The translations under genes were made by a program, and so were the position numbers. The notes beneath the pieces were generated by a model. The model saw only the letters and a program-made list of their open reading frames with translations, made no database searches and was not told where the DNA came from. Below, piece by piece: positions 17,725 to 26,771 of a stretch of DNA of 64,000 bases; position 1 is the first letter of the stretch, and every line of letters begins with the position of its first letter. The DNA is from a virus, in the IMG/VR virus record IMGVR_UViG_3300045284_000279, positions 5,761 to 69,760 of that record, one strand, 5' to 3'.

Positions 17725-18324
17725 ATGGCGACTCGTCGAACTAATCTAAGGCAACCTAACCGACGGACGCGGTCAGTCGGGGGACCGCCCGCGCACAACC
17801 AGAGCGTCACCCTCGAGCGGAAACGACCGGAGATCCTCGCGCGTCAACGGAAGGCGTGGAAGCTGCACGCCGAAGACGGATTGACGTTCGCGCAGATCGG
17901 CGCGAAGCTCGGCGTCTCCGACTATACGGCGTACTACGACATGGTCGCGCACTCGAAGCGGCTGCAGGAGCTTGGCCTCGCGGAAGACGTCGAACTGCTG
18001 CGGGCGATCCACAAGTCGCGCGTCGAGAAGATCATCAGCCTGCACCTGCCGAAGGCCGGCGTCTCGAAGGAGTCGGCCCGAATCGTGCTCGATGCGCTGG
18101 AGCGCGAAGCGAAGCTGATGGGGTTGGACCTGAAGCGCGACACCGGCTACTCGGTGGATGCGATCGAGCGGGTCATGCTGGCCATCACGCGCGTCTTCAT
18201 CGACGCCGTCCAGGAAGGCGTGCCGGTAACCGAGAGCCGCAGGATGTTCGCGGCCGGCGTCCGCAGGCTCTCCGGCATCGACGTCGTCAACGCCATCGAC
18301 GCGAAGGTCGAGAAGGTCGGCTGA
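17725..18324 (+). CDS. terS: terminase small subunit (HTH)
   Basis: AW.L...GLTFAQIGAKLGVS HTH then ..R.AKLMGLD motif typical of phage TerS; lies upstream of TerL. Confidence 0.65.
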   Translation: MATRRTNLRQPNRRTRSVGGPPAHNQSVTLERKRPEILARQRKAWKLHAEDGLTFAQIGAKLGVSDYTAYYDMVAHSKRLQELGLAEDVELLRAIHKSRVEKIISLHLPKAGVSKESARIVLDALEREAKLMGLDLKRDTGYSVDAIERVMLAITRVFIDAVQEGVPVTESRRMFAAGVRRLSGIDVVNAIDAKVEKVG

Positions 18325-18686
18325 TGCGGATCCGCGTCGGCGACGCGCTGTTCTCACCGTCCGGCATGAAGTTCCTCGTCGAAGCTGTCGACGCGGGAGA
18401 CGTCACCTGCCGCTTTGCCGAGACGAAGAGCAAAAGCATCGCGTACTTCTCGCTGGACTACGTGAAGCAGGTCATGTCGCACAGGCCCGCGTTCAGTGTC
18501 GGCGACATCGTGCGTGCCAGAGTCAGAATCGGCGATAGTCTTTCAGGTACGCTCGGCAGGATCATCAGCGAGCTTGAGCACGTCGAACAGTCAGCTGAGG
18601 ATGTTCCGCAGGAGCAGGAAGAAGTTGTGTCGCTGCTGCTACCGCGGAAGCGACCCATCGCCGTTGAAGGAGTGAGACCTCGATGA
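18324..18686 (+). CDS. hypothetical protein
   Basis: TGATG overlap; two xVGD.. KOW-like starts. Confidence 0.5.
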   Translation: MRIRVGDALFSPSGMKFLVEAVDAGDVTCRFAETKSKSIAYFSLDYVKQVMSHRPAFSVGDIVRARVRIGDSLSGTLGRIISELEHVEQSAEDVPQEQEEVVSLLLPRKRPIAVEGVRPR

Positions 18687-18916
18687 CCAAGGCCGAGACG
18701 TTGAATGCGTTGACGCGAGGCGAAGGGTGCCTCGGTAAGAGTCAGGACGACGAGCCCGTCTTCGTGCTGACCGCGCGAGACCCTGCGGCGCCTGAGGCCG
18801 TGCGCAAGTGGGCCGAGCACGCGTGGCAGGCCGGCCACTCGGCGAAGAAGATCGACGAAGCCTTGTCCATCGCAACTGAGATGGAGCGGTGGCGCGACCG
18901 CAGGGTGAGCGTATGA
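18683..18916 (+). CDS. conserved small phage protein
   Basis: DEPVFVL.A.D..A...V..WA motif. Confidence 0.6.
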   Translation: MTKAETLNALTRGEGCLGKSQDDEPVFVLTARDPAAPEAVRKWAEHAWQAGHSAKKIDEALSIATEMERWRDRRVSV

Positions 18917-19548
18917 CCGAGCAGTGCGCGACGTGCTTCTATTGGACGGCAATCTCCCAGAGCGACCGAGGCATCTGCTGTCGGTTCGGCCTTAGCATGT
19001 CTCGGCCACTCGATCCTGCGGCGCAGTTGGTCATCTACGTCACCGGCACCGGCCGCGCGCAGGTCATCACGCAGAGCACGTTCGGGTGTGTGCAGCACGT
19101 GAAGCCGAGCGTGCCTTCTTACGTGACCATCGAAGAGGCGGATGATTACTTGAAGAAGGCGCTCCAACGGAACGAGAGAGTGAACTACCATGTTCCTGCG
19201 ATTCCTGTTGATGGTGCTGATCCTTGGCTTCGGCATTGGCGCGATCATCGCTTTGCTGTGGAGTCTGTCGAGCGTGTTCCAGTGAAGCGTCCACTGCTGG
19301 AAGTGCGCGTCCGCATGACTCCGATCGTGGAAAGCAATCCTGAGGTCGAACCGATTCTCGTGTGGAGGCACGACGGCGACGCAGGTCAGGTCTTCAAGCT
19401 CACCGTCTCGCCTCTTGACTATGCACGCGGCCTGCTAGTGCCATACGTCGACGGCGCGCAGGCTGAGCTCAAGTTCTTCGAGGGTGAATTGGCGAAAGTC
19501 GGGCTGACCGTTGGCACGCTCACTCGGAATATCTTCGAGAGCTGGTGA
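18913..19548 (+). CDS. hypothetical protein
   Basis: CATC.YW...G.C.R...CVQH Cys domain; ATGA overlap. Confidence 0.5.
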   Translation: MTEQCATCFYWTAISQSDRGICCRFGLSMSRPLDPAAQLVIYVTGTGRAQVITQSTFGCVQHVKPSVPSYVTIEEADDYLKKALQRNERVNYHVPAIPVDGADPWLRHWRDHRFAVESVERVPVKRPLLEVRVRMTPIVESNPEVEPILVWRHDGDAGQVFKLTVSPLDYARGLLVPYVDGAQAELKFFEGELAKVGLTVGTLTRNIFESW

Positions 19549-19551
19549 CCC

Positions 19552-19872
19552 ATGCTGGCGAATCCTCCAGAGATCATCGAGGCCGCGTGGCGGACGTTTA
19601 ATGCCCATCACTTTGCGACGAAGGCCAACATCTATGCCGACCTCGATCCTGTCGTCGTGAAGGTGGCCATCTGTGCCGACTGCTTTACTGTTCTGGTGCT
19701 GGTAGCAGTAGACGCGTTGCCTGGGTGGTACTGTCATGCCTGCCGCAGGGTGTGCTCTTACCGCCAGGTCCGTTGGCGGTCTCGCTGGGAAGACTACCAA
19801 CTGATTCAGCCAGTTGTTGTGCCGGCCTCGATCGGCGACATCGTGAGTGCTTCTGTCGGCAGGCGTCTATGA
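19552..19872 (+). CDS. hypothetical Zn-ribbon protein
   Basis: CADC...CHAC. Confidence 0.45.
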   Translation: MLANPPEIIEAAWRTFNAHHFATKANIYADLDPVVVKVAICADCFTVLVLVAVDALPGWYCHACRRVCSYRQVRWRSRWEDYQLIQPVVVPASIGDIVSASVGRRL

Positions 19873-20102
19873 CGGCCGAAGAACTGCCGGACCTCAAGCA
19901 CCGTGCGATCTCTCAGCTCGAGCTCGACGACATCAAGTGCGAAGCGCACGGTGCCAGCTGCGACTGTCGCTTTGCGAACCTGTCCTCGGCGTGTTGTAAT
20001 TCCAGTGCGATGCTCATCGCGTACGAGTACAAGACCGGCGTGCTGGTCTTCAGGTGCGCGAAGTGCCAGTCGTTCGTCGTTGCTGTCAAGGTCGCTGACT
20101 GA
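19869..20102 (+). CDS. small Cys-rich protein
   Basis: ATGA overlap; CC...Y....G.L...CAKC. Confidence 0.5.
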   Translation: MTAEELPDLKHRAISQLELDDIKCEAHGASCDCRFANLSSACCNSSAMLIAYEYKTGVLVFRCAKCQSFVVAVKVAD

Positions 20103-20122
20103 AAGTAGCAGGAGGAGCAGAG

Positions 20123-20392
20123 ATGAAGCTCGACGGAAAGTTCTACGGCGAGATACGCAAGGCGAAGGACGACAGCCTCGTCGGTGAAGACGAGTACGTC
20201 GTCTTCCTCGCGAAGGACGATGCCTTCGCACAAGTCCTGCCGATCTACCGCCTCGCCTGCCTCGGCCTCGGGTGTGACGCCGCGCAGCTGGCCTCGCTTG
20301 ACAGGATGATCGCGCGCGTCAACGAATGGCGTGAGTGGCATCCCGATCGCTGCAAGAAACCAGACGCGAACGGGGAGAAGCTCCTTGCCTGA
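20123..20392 (+). CDS. conserved small phage protein
   Basis: AGGAGGAG RBS; VFLAKD.A...L..Y...C...K.PD, related to the 18683 motif. Confidence 0.6.
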   Translation: MKLDGKFYGEIRKAKDDSLVGEDEYVVFLAKDDAFAQVLPIYRLACLGLGCDAAQLASLDRMIARVNEWREWHPDRCKKPDANGEKLLA

Positions 20393-20576
20393 GACGACGG
20401 TTGAGGTCACATACCTCCACGTGCCGTGCCTGCGGCCGCTGCGGATGGTGTCTCGCGTCGTCATAAGCGAACCCATGGACGAGAGCTGGCCGCAGAATTT
20501 CAAGGCCTCGATGCCGTGGTGCGATTCCTGCCGCCGCTTTGCGACGGTGCCTGAAGTCAAGGAACGCCTCAAGTAG
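20385..20576 (+). CDS. small hypothetical protein
   Basis: TTG start after GGAG; H.PC...WCDSC. Confidence 0.4.
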   Translation: MPETTVEVTYLHVPCLRPLRMVSRVVISEPMDESWPQNFKASMPWCDSCRRFATVPEVKERLK

Positions 20577-20577
20577 C

Positions 20578-22164
20578 ATGCCTAGGCGTCCTGCGGCGGC
20601 GGCCGATCCGATGCGGCGCTTCCTCGCGGCGATGGCAGACGAGGTCGACGGCTCCGTGCCGCTCGAAGACGGTCCACCGATCTGGGAACCGCTGCCGCCG
20701 CAACCGAAGCGCGGCATCTTCCATCCAGACGGCTCAGGCCGCATCGTCTCGCCGCAGGAAGCGGCGTACGACTCACTCGCTGACGAGCTGTTCTTCGGCG
20801 GAGCAGGCGGTGGCGGGAAGACGGACCTGCTGCTCGGCCTCTCGCTGACGAAGCATCGTCGATCGATCATCTTCCGTCGAGAGTTTGCGCAGTTCCGCGG
20901 CGCAGAGGGCATGATCGAGCGCTCGCGTCAGATCATCGGCCTGCGCGGAAGGCTGGCCGAAGGGAAGGTCTGGCGAGACCTGCCTGGAGCCCGCGCCTTG
21001 GAATTCGGCGGCGTCGAGCACGACCACGACAAGGACAAGTACAAGGGCCGACCGCACGACCTGAAAGGCTTCGACGAACTACCGGAATTCACCGAGGGCG
21101 TCTATCGGTTCCTGATCGCGTGGCTGCGCACGTCGGTGATAGGACAGCGCACGCGCGTCGTCGGCACTGGGAATCCACCGACGACGATCGAAGGTCAGTG
21201 GGTGATCAAGTATTGGGGTCCGTGGTTGGACCCTGCGCACCCGAAGCCTGCGAAGGCCGGCGAGCTTCGCTGGTATGCGGCCATCAACGGCAAGGACGTC
21301 GAGCTCGAGTCGGGCGATCCGTTTACGATCGAGGAAGAGGGGAAGCCTCGCGTCGTGCGACCGCGTTCTCGCACGTTCATTCCTGCTGCCGTCGAAGACA
21401 ACCCCTATTACGTTCGCACTGGATACATGGACGTACTCGACAGCCTGCCTGAGCCGCTGCGCTCTCAGATGCGCTTCGGGAACTTCCAAGCCTCGTCGCC
21501 TGACGATCAGTGGCAGGTCATTCCGACTGCGTGGGTGTTGCGGGCGCAGGAACGCTGGCGCGAGGACGGGCGCGGAAAGACCTTGACCGGCGTCGGTGTT
21601 GACCCGAGTCGCGGCGGCAAGGCGGAATTCGCCATCGGGCTCTGCTACGATGCGTGGGTGGATCTGAAGGTCCATCAGGCAACCGAAGCTCCGGATGGCT
21701 TCGCAGGCGCGAACCTCGTCTTCTCGGCCGTACAGGCCGCGGGCGGAGACTTGACGACGCCGGTCCAGATCGACATCATAGGAACCGCAGGGTCATCGGT
21801 CTACGATCAGGCGCGGGCCCTGAAGCTGTCCGTGGTCGACATGAACGGCTCAGAACGCAGCGAAGCGCGAGACCGCAGTGGGAAGCTCGGCTTCTTCAAC
21901 CAGCGCTCTGAATGGCACTGGCGGCTCCGAGAGATCCTCGACCCGAAGTCCGGGCAGGACATCGCGCTGCCGCCGGACCCTCAGCTGCGGAGCGACCTCG
22001 TGGCGCCACGGTGGAAGCCGACCCCGCGCGGCATCCAGGTTGAATCGAAGGACGACATCGTGGCGCGCCTCGGGCGATCTCCAGATCGTGGTGAGGCGGT
22101 GATCTACGCCGTCGTGCGGAAGCACGGCAAGGCCTCGTCGGTGTTGACCAGTCTGACGTGGTGA
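20578..22164 (+). CDS. terL: terminase large subunit
   Basis: FGGAGGGGKT Walker A, GFDE Walker B, TGNP, DNP, GVDPSRGG and SPDRGEA nuclease motifs. Confidence 0.92.
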   Translation: MPRRPAAAADPMRRFLAAMADEVDGSVPLEDGPPIWEPLPPQPKRGIFHPDGSGRIVSPQEAAYDSLADELFFGGAGGGGKTDLLLGLSLTKHRRSIIFRREFAQFRGAEGMIERSRQIIGLRGRLAEGKVWRDLPGARALEFGGVEHDHDKDKYKGRPHDLKGFDELPEFTEGVYRFLIAWLRTSVIGQRTRVVGTGNPPTTIEGQWVIKYWGPWLDPAHPKPAKAGELRWYAAINGKDVELESGDPFTIEEEGKPRVVRPRSRTFIPAAVEDNPYYVRTGYMDVLDSLPEPLRSQMRFGNFQASSPDDQWQVIPTAWVLRAQERWREDGRGKTLTGVGVDPSRGGKAEFAIGLCYDAWVDLKVHQATEAPDGFAGANLVFSAVQAAGGDLTTPVQIDIIGTAGSSVYDQARALKLSVVDMNGSERSEARDRSGKLGFFNQRSEWHWRLREILDPKSGQDIALPPDPQLRSDLVAPRWKPTPRGIQVESKDDIVARLGRSPDRGEAVIYAVVRKHGKASSVLTSLTW

Positions 22165-22171
22165 GGTTGTA

Positions 22172-22285
22172 ATGCGTACGTTCCTGTGGATGGTGTTTGC
22201 GGCGGCGGTCGTCTTCGCGTTCATTGCGTGGTTGCGATCAGGTGTGTTTTCGTTGCCTCGACGAAGGCGCGCTCGTCAAGCTTGA
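22172..22285 (+). CDS. small membrane protein
   Basis: GAGG RBS; MRTFLWMVFAAAVVFAFIAW then basic tail; not in the ORF track. Confidence 0.35.
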   Translation: MRTFLWMVFAAAVVFAFIAWLRSGVFSLPRRRRARQA

Positions 22286-22375
22286 AGGGAAGCTCTGCCC
22301 ATTTCACGGCATCAACATCCACCAGACGCTGGAAGCAAAGCAGGCTCCACGACGCGAGACGAGAGGCTTCAATCG

Positions 22376-23110
22376 ATGAACAGCATGAGCATCGAGAGTA
22401 AGACGCGCCTGAGCTTTTGGTTCCCGCTCATCAAGGCTGCAGGCCTGCCTGTTCCCAAGACGCAGATCGTTGGGATCTCGCCTGACGAAGACCGCAGTAT
22501 GGTGCTTCTGCTTGACGGCAACCTTCCGCCATGTTGGGAAGATCTGATCAATCGCATAGAGGTCTCAGCTGAAGCCTTCGGGTATCCGTTCTTCCTGCGG
22601 ACTGACTTCACCAGCAACAAGCACGATTGGGATGATTCGTGCTGCGTGAGGAATCCTGCGAAGCTCTCACATCACGTGGAAAACCTTATAGCATTCAGCG
22701 AAATGGCTGATATGTTCGGTGGCGTTCCTGTAGGCGCCTTCGTCCTGCGCGAGATGCTGCCGACGGTGCCAGCGTTCTACGCCTTCAATGGCATGCCCAT
22801 CGTGCGTGAATTCCGCGTCTTCGTGCGTGACGGTCTCGTCGAACACATACAGCCGTACTGGCCGCCTGAGGCCATCGAGCGCAGTATCATCGAACCGAGC
22901 CTCAAGTCATGGCGCACGGCACTCCAGATGATGTCGGTGCTCGACGACGAGACCAAGCAGGTCTTGACTCGCCTCGCGCTGCAAGCGAATGCGGCCGTAC
23001 CTGGGTATTGGTCGGTAGACTTCCTCGACGTCTCTGGATGTTGGGTGCTTACCGACATGGCCGAAGGCGACCTGTCGTTCAAGTGTAACCCTCAAGCAGC
23101 AGGAGTATGA
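22376..23110 (+). CDS. ATP-grasp fold protein (R2K/Cdc123-like clade)
   Basis: P.PKT, PFFLRTD..S.KH.W, LRE, EFRVFV..G, YW, SVDF, W.L.D motifs. Confidence 0.65.
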   Translation: MNSMSIESKTRLSFWFPLIKAAGLPVPKTQIVGISPDEDRSMVLLLDGNLPPCWEDLINRIEVSAEAFGYPFFLRTDFTSNKHDWDDSCCVRNPAKLSHHVENLIAFSEMADMFGGVPVGAFVLREMLPTVPAFYAFNGMPIVREFRVFVRDGLVEHIQPYWPPEAIERSIIEPSLKSWRTALQMMSVLDDETKQVLTRLALQANAAVPGYWSVDFLDVSGCWVLTDMAEGDLSFKCNPQAAGV

Positions 23111-23313
23111 CGATGGACACCACTACGCGTGGCACGATCTCGGCTGAGTATGACTACGAGAAAGAAGCCAAGGAGCACCTCGAAGCAGCCAAGATCTCAG
23201 CGAAGGGTAACGAGGTCGGATGGGTGATCGCAAAGTCTGCGGCAGCCATCGTTGCGTCGCTGAGCGACATCGCGTCCGAGTTGCGTAAGATGCGCCGTAG
23301 TAAAGTCGATTGA
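23107..23313 (+). CDS. hypothetical protein
   Basis: AGGAG RBS, ATGA overlap. Confidence 0.45.
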   Translation: MTMDTTTRGTISAEYDYEKEAKEHLEAAKISAKGNEVGWVIAKSAAAIVASLSDIASELRKMRRSKVD

Positions 23314-23322
23314 GCCCTTGCC

Positions 23323-23523
23323 GTGCTCCGCACCCATTCTGAAAACGATCCGGTCGTGCTCATCGAGAAACGCAGGGGGAATCGTCACGAGGTGACGGCC
23401 CGCTTCGGGAAGAACTACCGCGCGAGCGTGACGCGCTTCTCTCGACGTGAGGCCGTCATTTCGCTTGAGCAGCGCGTCATTGACGACGTGCGTCGCTTGT
23501 TCCGAGAGGAAGTTCTGCGGTGA
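23323..23523 (+). CDS. hypothetical protein
   Basis: GTGA overlap with next gene. Confidence 0.4.
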   Translation: MLRTHSENDPVVLIEKRRGNRHEVTARFGKNYRASVTRFSRREAVISLEQRVIDDVRRLFREEVLR

Positions 23524-24032
23524 TCCGCAGGCCTCTGGCGCCCAGCGGAGTTGTCCCAGTCGAGGTCAAGCCTCGACCTGCGCCTGCTGTTAGGCCGAAG
23601 CCTCTAGCACCCATACCAGCGCTGCGAGCGCGTGTTCGCGCTGAAGTCGGAAGTGCTAGCGAAGCCTTCGGTCAAGTGACGGCGGCGGTCGTCGATGCAA
23701 CGTCGATGACGAATCAGTTCTCGTCGGCTGTTGCTGGCCTTCGCAGAGTCGTCGCGCAGAGCTTTCGCTGTGATCTGTGCGACGACGACGGCATCATCTC
23801 GCGGATCGACGTCGGCTTGTCGAGCGACAAGTCGGTCTTCACGGCGAAGGTGTCAGTCGTCCAGTTTGCGGACAAGCAGCGCTGGCCGAACATGGCTCAC
23901 GTCTATGCCTCACCCGATCACGTGTTGCATTGTCCGATCGTGCTGCCGTCAGCTGATACGTCAGGCATGACGACCATCACGATTCCGATTCCGATGTCCA
24001 TGCGCTTCAGCGTTCAAGGGCCAGGAATTTGA
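23520..24032 (+). CDS. hypothetical protein
   Basis: overlaps both neighbours. Confidence 0.45.
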   Translation: MIRRPLAPSGVVPVEVKPRPAPAVRPKPLAPIPALRARVRAEVGSASEAFGQVTAAVVDATSMTNQFSSAVAGLRRVVAQSFRCDLCDDDGIISRIDVGLSSDKSVFTAKVSVVQFADKQRWPNMAHVYASPDHVLHCPIVLPSADTSGMTTITIPIPMSMRFSVQGPGI

Positions 24033-24241
24033 CTGCGCACAAGAAGTCGATGAAGTTGGTCCTGCCGAACCCAGAGCGCTGCCGGGTATGCAAGAAGAAG
24101 GCACGCGTGGTCAGCACGAAGATGCGCGCCAGAGGCGTCAGGCGTCGAACCCACCTGTGCTCCTGCGGCCGTTCGTGGCCGAGCTACGAATCCATCCTTG
24201 ACCCTCGCAATATCCGCATTCGCACCGATACCGAAAGCTGA
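24029..24241 (+). CDS. NrdR-N-like Zn-ribbon regulator
   Basis: CRVC....RVVST.......RR...CSCG..W.SYE. Confidence 0.55.
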   Translation: MTAHKKSMKLVLPNPERCRVCKKKARVVSTKMRARGVRRRTHLCSCGRSWPSYESILDPRNIRIRTDTES

Positions 24242-24329
24242 GTAGCATCGGCATACTCGACCTTCGGTTTTGGTTCATTAGTGAGCCAAAGCGCACGATT
24301 CAGGCACCTGACTGCTAGTATGCTCGCCG

Positions 24330-25775
24330 GTGCAACAAGCCGTCATCAGAGTCCTCGGAGCACTCGCCGATCGGTTGACGCTGGGCAAAGTCCTGGGCAC
24401 GACCTTCGGCGGAAAGCGCAACGTCGCCGAAGCGCTCGGCTACGCCTTGGAACTTGGAATGGGCGACTACCGCAATCGCTACGATCGCGGAGACGTTGCA
24501 GGGCGGATCGTGGACTTCTACCCGAAGTCGACGTGGCGCGGCGGCTGTCAGGTCTACGACTCCGAAGACCCGAACGAGGTCACGCCGTTCGAGGCCGCCG
24601 TCGAATTCATCGTCACGAAGCACGACCTGTGGTCTCGCTTACTCTCAGCTGACATCGTCTCAGGCATCGGCCGCTACTCCGTCCTCGTGCTCGGCGCGGA
24701 AGGCACGAACTGGAAACAGGAGTTGCCGACGATCAGCGGCCCCGAAGGCCTGCTGTACCTGTCGCCTCCCTACGGCGAAGACAAGGCCACGATCTCTCAG
24801 TGGGTGGAAGATCGGACCAACCCTCGCTACGCCAAGCCGCTGTTCTACTCGATCAAGTCGACGCGCGCAGACGGTGCCGCCAGCATCGCGCAGGACGTGC
24901 ACTGGTCTCGCGTCATCCACGTCGCCGACGTGAAGGGCGAAGACGACATCTTCGCTGAGCCTCGCCTCCGCAGGATCTGGAATCGCCTCGACGACCTCGA
25001 CAAGGTGGTTGGCGGAGGCTCAGAGGCATTCTGGCAGCGCGTCCACCGTGGGATGCAGGCCAACGTCGACAAGGAAGTCGCCGTCGCGATGGCCGGCCTG
25101 CCCGACGGCGGCAAGGCGATGAAGGACGACCTCGAGAAGCAGTTCGACGAGTACGTCCACGGATTCCGCCGCTACCTGCGGACGGCCGGCGTCGAGATTC
25201 AGGAATTCGGGACCGACGTCTCGAACTTCTCGAATCAGGTCGACGCGCTGATGACGATCATCGCCTGCGCCGCCCACGTGCCGAAGCGCATCCTGATGGG
25301 TACAGAGCGCGGCGAGCTGGCGAGCGGGCAGGACAAGGGCGAATTCGACGACGCCGTGCAGGGTCGTCGTGCGGGCTTCGGCGAGCGCGTCGTGCGGCAG
25401 TTCTTCGATCGGCTGATCTCGGTCGGGTGCCTGCCGGAACCTGCCGACGGCAGCTACGACGTCGCGTGGCCCGACATCGAAGAAGAGGACCAGGTCGGCA
25501 AGGCCGACATCACCGTCAAGATCGCCGACGCGAATCAGAAGCAGACGAGCGCAGGGCAGCCGGTCATCATGTCGTCGGCTGAGATCCGCGACATGGTGTA
25601 CGGTCTCGATCCGCTCGACGAGCTCGACGCGGCGATGCGGCAGGACGATCAGGCGCTCGCTGCCGCGGCAAAAAAAAAGTCACGCAACCGCGCGAGGGCT
25701 CAGGTCGTCGCCGCTCAGCGGCGCCTGTCCATCGTGCGACGAGTCGTCACGTCGCGAGGCTCCGTCGCGTCATGA
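24330..25775 (+). CDS. portal protein (DUF1073-type)
   Basis: A.RIVD.Y...TW, VHWSRVIH, IP.RILMG.ERGELAS.QD; follows TerL and precedes head genes. Confidence 0.85.
   Translation: MQQAVIRVLGALADRLTLGKVLGTTFGGKRNVAEALGYALELGMGDYRNRYDRGDVAGRIVDFYPKSTWRGGCQVYDSEDPNEVTPFEAAVEFIVTKHDLWSRLLSADIVSGIGRYSVLVLGAEGTNWKQELPTISGPEGLLYLSPPYGEDKATISQWVEDRTNPRYAKPLFYSIKSTRADGAASIAQDVHWSRVIHVADVKGEDDIFAEPRLRRIWNRLDDLDKVVGGGSEAFWQRVHRGMQANVDKEVAVAMAGLPDGGKAMKDDLEKQFDEYVHGFRRYLRTAGVEIQEFGTDVSNFSNQVDALMTIIACAAHVPKRILMGTERGELASGQDKGEFDDAVQGRRAGFGERVVRQFFDRLISVGCLPEPADGSYDVAWPDIEEEDQVGKADITVKIADANQKQTSAGQPVIMSSAEIRDMVYGLDPLDELDAAMRQDDQALAAAAKKKSRNRARAQVVAAQRRLSIVRRVVTSRGSVAS
25670..25679 (+). other. candidate -1 ribosomal frameshift site in portal (A AAA AAG)
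   Basis: GCA AAA AAA AAG in the portal frame; the -1 frame is stop-free into ORF 25772. Confidence 0.55.
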
Positions 25776-26020
25776 TCGAGACCTTCGCCTCGATCCGCGA
25801 CGGCGTCTCGCTGGCCGACATCGAAGCGGCCGTGAAGACCGGCAGCGTCGAACACGTCGTGGCAGTCTTCGACGGCCTCGCCGCCTTGCAGCCTCGCGCG
25901 GCAGGCGCCAGTCAGCGGTTCCTGTCAGGCGTAGCGATCGCGAACGTCGTCTCCGATGCGATGGCTGCTGGTTCATCGGCCGTGCCGCTCTGCGTGCCGA
26001 AGAGGCACGGCGCATCGTGA
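25772..26020 (+). CDS. head protein, probable N-terminal part of gpF-like head morphogenesis protein
   Basis: helical coding-like sequence between portal and gpF domain; ATGA/GTGA overlaps. Confidence 0.5.
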   Translation: MIETFASIRDGVSLADIEAAVKTGSVEHVVAVFDGLAALQPRAAGASQRFLSGVAIANVVSDAMAAGSSAVPLCVPKRHGAS

Positions 26021-26592
26021 GCCGCTGCGGCACAGGCTTCATCGAGGTGGCCTTCGACAGGACCAATCCCGAAGCCGTCGCATATGCGGAAGCTCGAGCT
26101 GGTGAGATGGTGACGGCCGTCACGTCGAGCGTGCGCGATACGATCCGCGAGATCATCACGCGGGCCTTTACCGAGAAGATCACGCCAGCTGAAACGGCCG
26201 CGCTCATCCGCGACACCGTCGGCCTCACGGTACGCGATGCGACGGCTGTGCTGAACCTGCGGCGCGACCTGATCGACGGAGGTGCGACGAAGGCGCAGGT
26301 CAAGAAGCAGACGACGGCCTATGCCGACGGCCTTCTCAAGCGTCGCGCCGAGACCATTGCGCGCACGGAGATCATGCGCGCCTCAAACGAAGGCACCGCG
26401 CAGCTCTGGAGCCAAGCGAAGGATCGCGGCCTGTTGACCGGCGACGAGAAGAAGGTCTGGATCGCCGCTGACCCGTGTCCCGAGTGCGAAGACGTCGACG
26501 GCGAGGAAGTCGGAATCTTCGACGACTTCTCGGTCGGCACGAATCCACCACTGCATCCGAACTGCCTGTGCACGATCGGTCTGATCGCGTAG
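26017..26592 (+). CDS. head morphogenesis protein (Mu gpF/SPP1 gp7)
   Basis: RAETIARTE, K.W....CPEC...DGE, PPLHPNC.C. Confidence 0.85.
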   Translation: MSRCGTGFIEVAFDRTNPEAVAYAEARAGEMVTAVTSSVRDTIREIITRAFTEKITPAETAALIRDTVGLTVRDATAVLNLRRDLIDGGATKAQVKKQTTAYADGLLKRRAETIARTEIMRASNEGTAQLWSQAKDRGLLTGDEKKVWIAADPCPECEDVDGEEVGIFDDFSVGTNPPLHPNCLCTIGLIA

Positions 26593-26601
26593 GAGGAACC
26601 G

Positions 26602-26736
26602 ATGCCGAATCTGCTCGCCCTGCTCGCCGTCGTCGCCCTGCTCTTGACCATCGCGTCGGCCATCGGGAAGGCGCCGCTTTGGGTGGCGGTCTTCCTGCTC
26701 GCGTTCGTCGCCTGCGTGCAGTTGTGGGGACGCTGA
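26602..26736 (+). CDS. small two-helix membrane protein (44 aa)
   Basis: AGGAGGA RBS; MPNLLALLAVVALLLTIASAIGKAPLWVAVFLLAFVACVQLWGR. Confidence 0.55.
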   Translation: MPNLLALLAVVALLLTIASAIGKAPLWVAVFLLAFVACVQLWGR

Positions 26737-26771
26737 CGTTGCGCTTCGTTTAATCGGTTAGTCGAAAGCTC

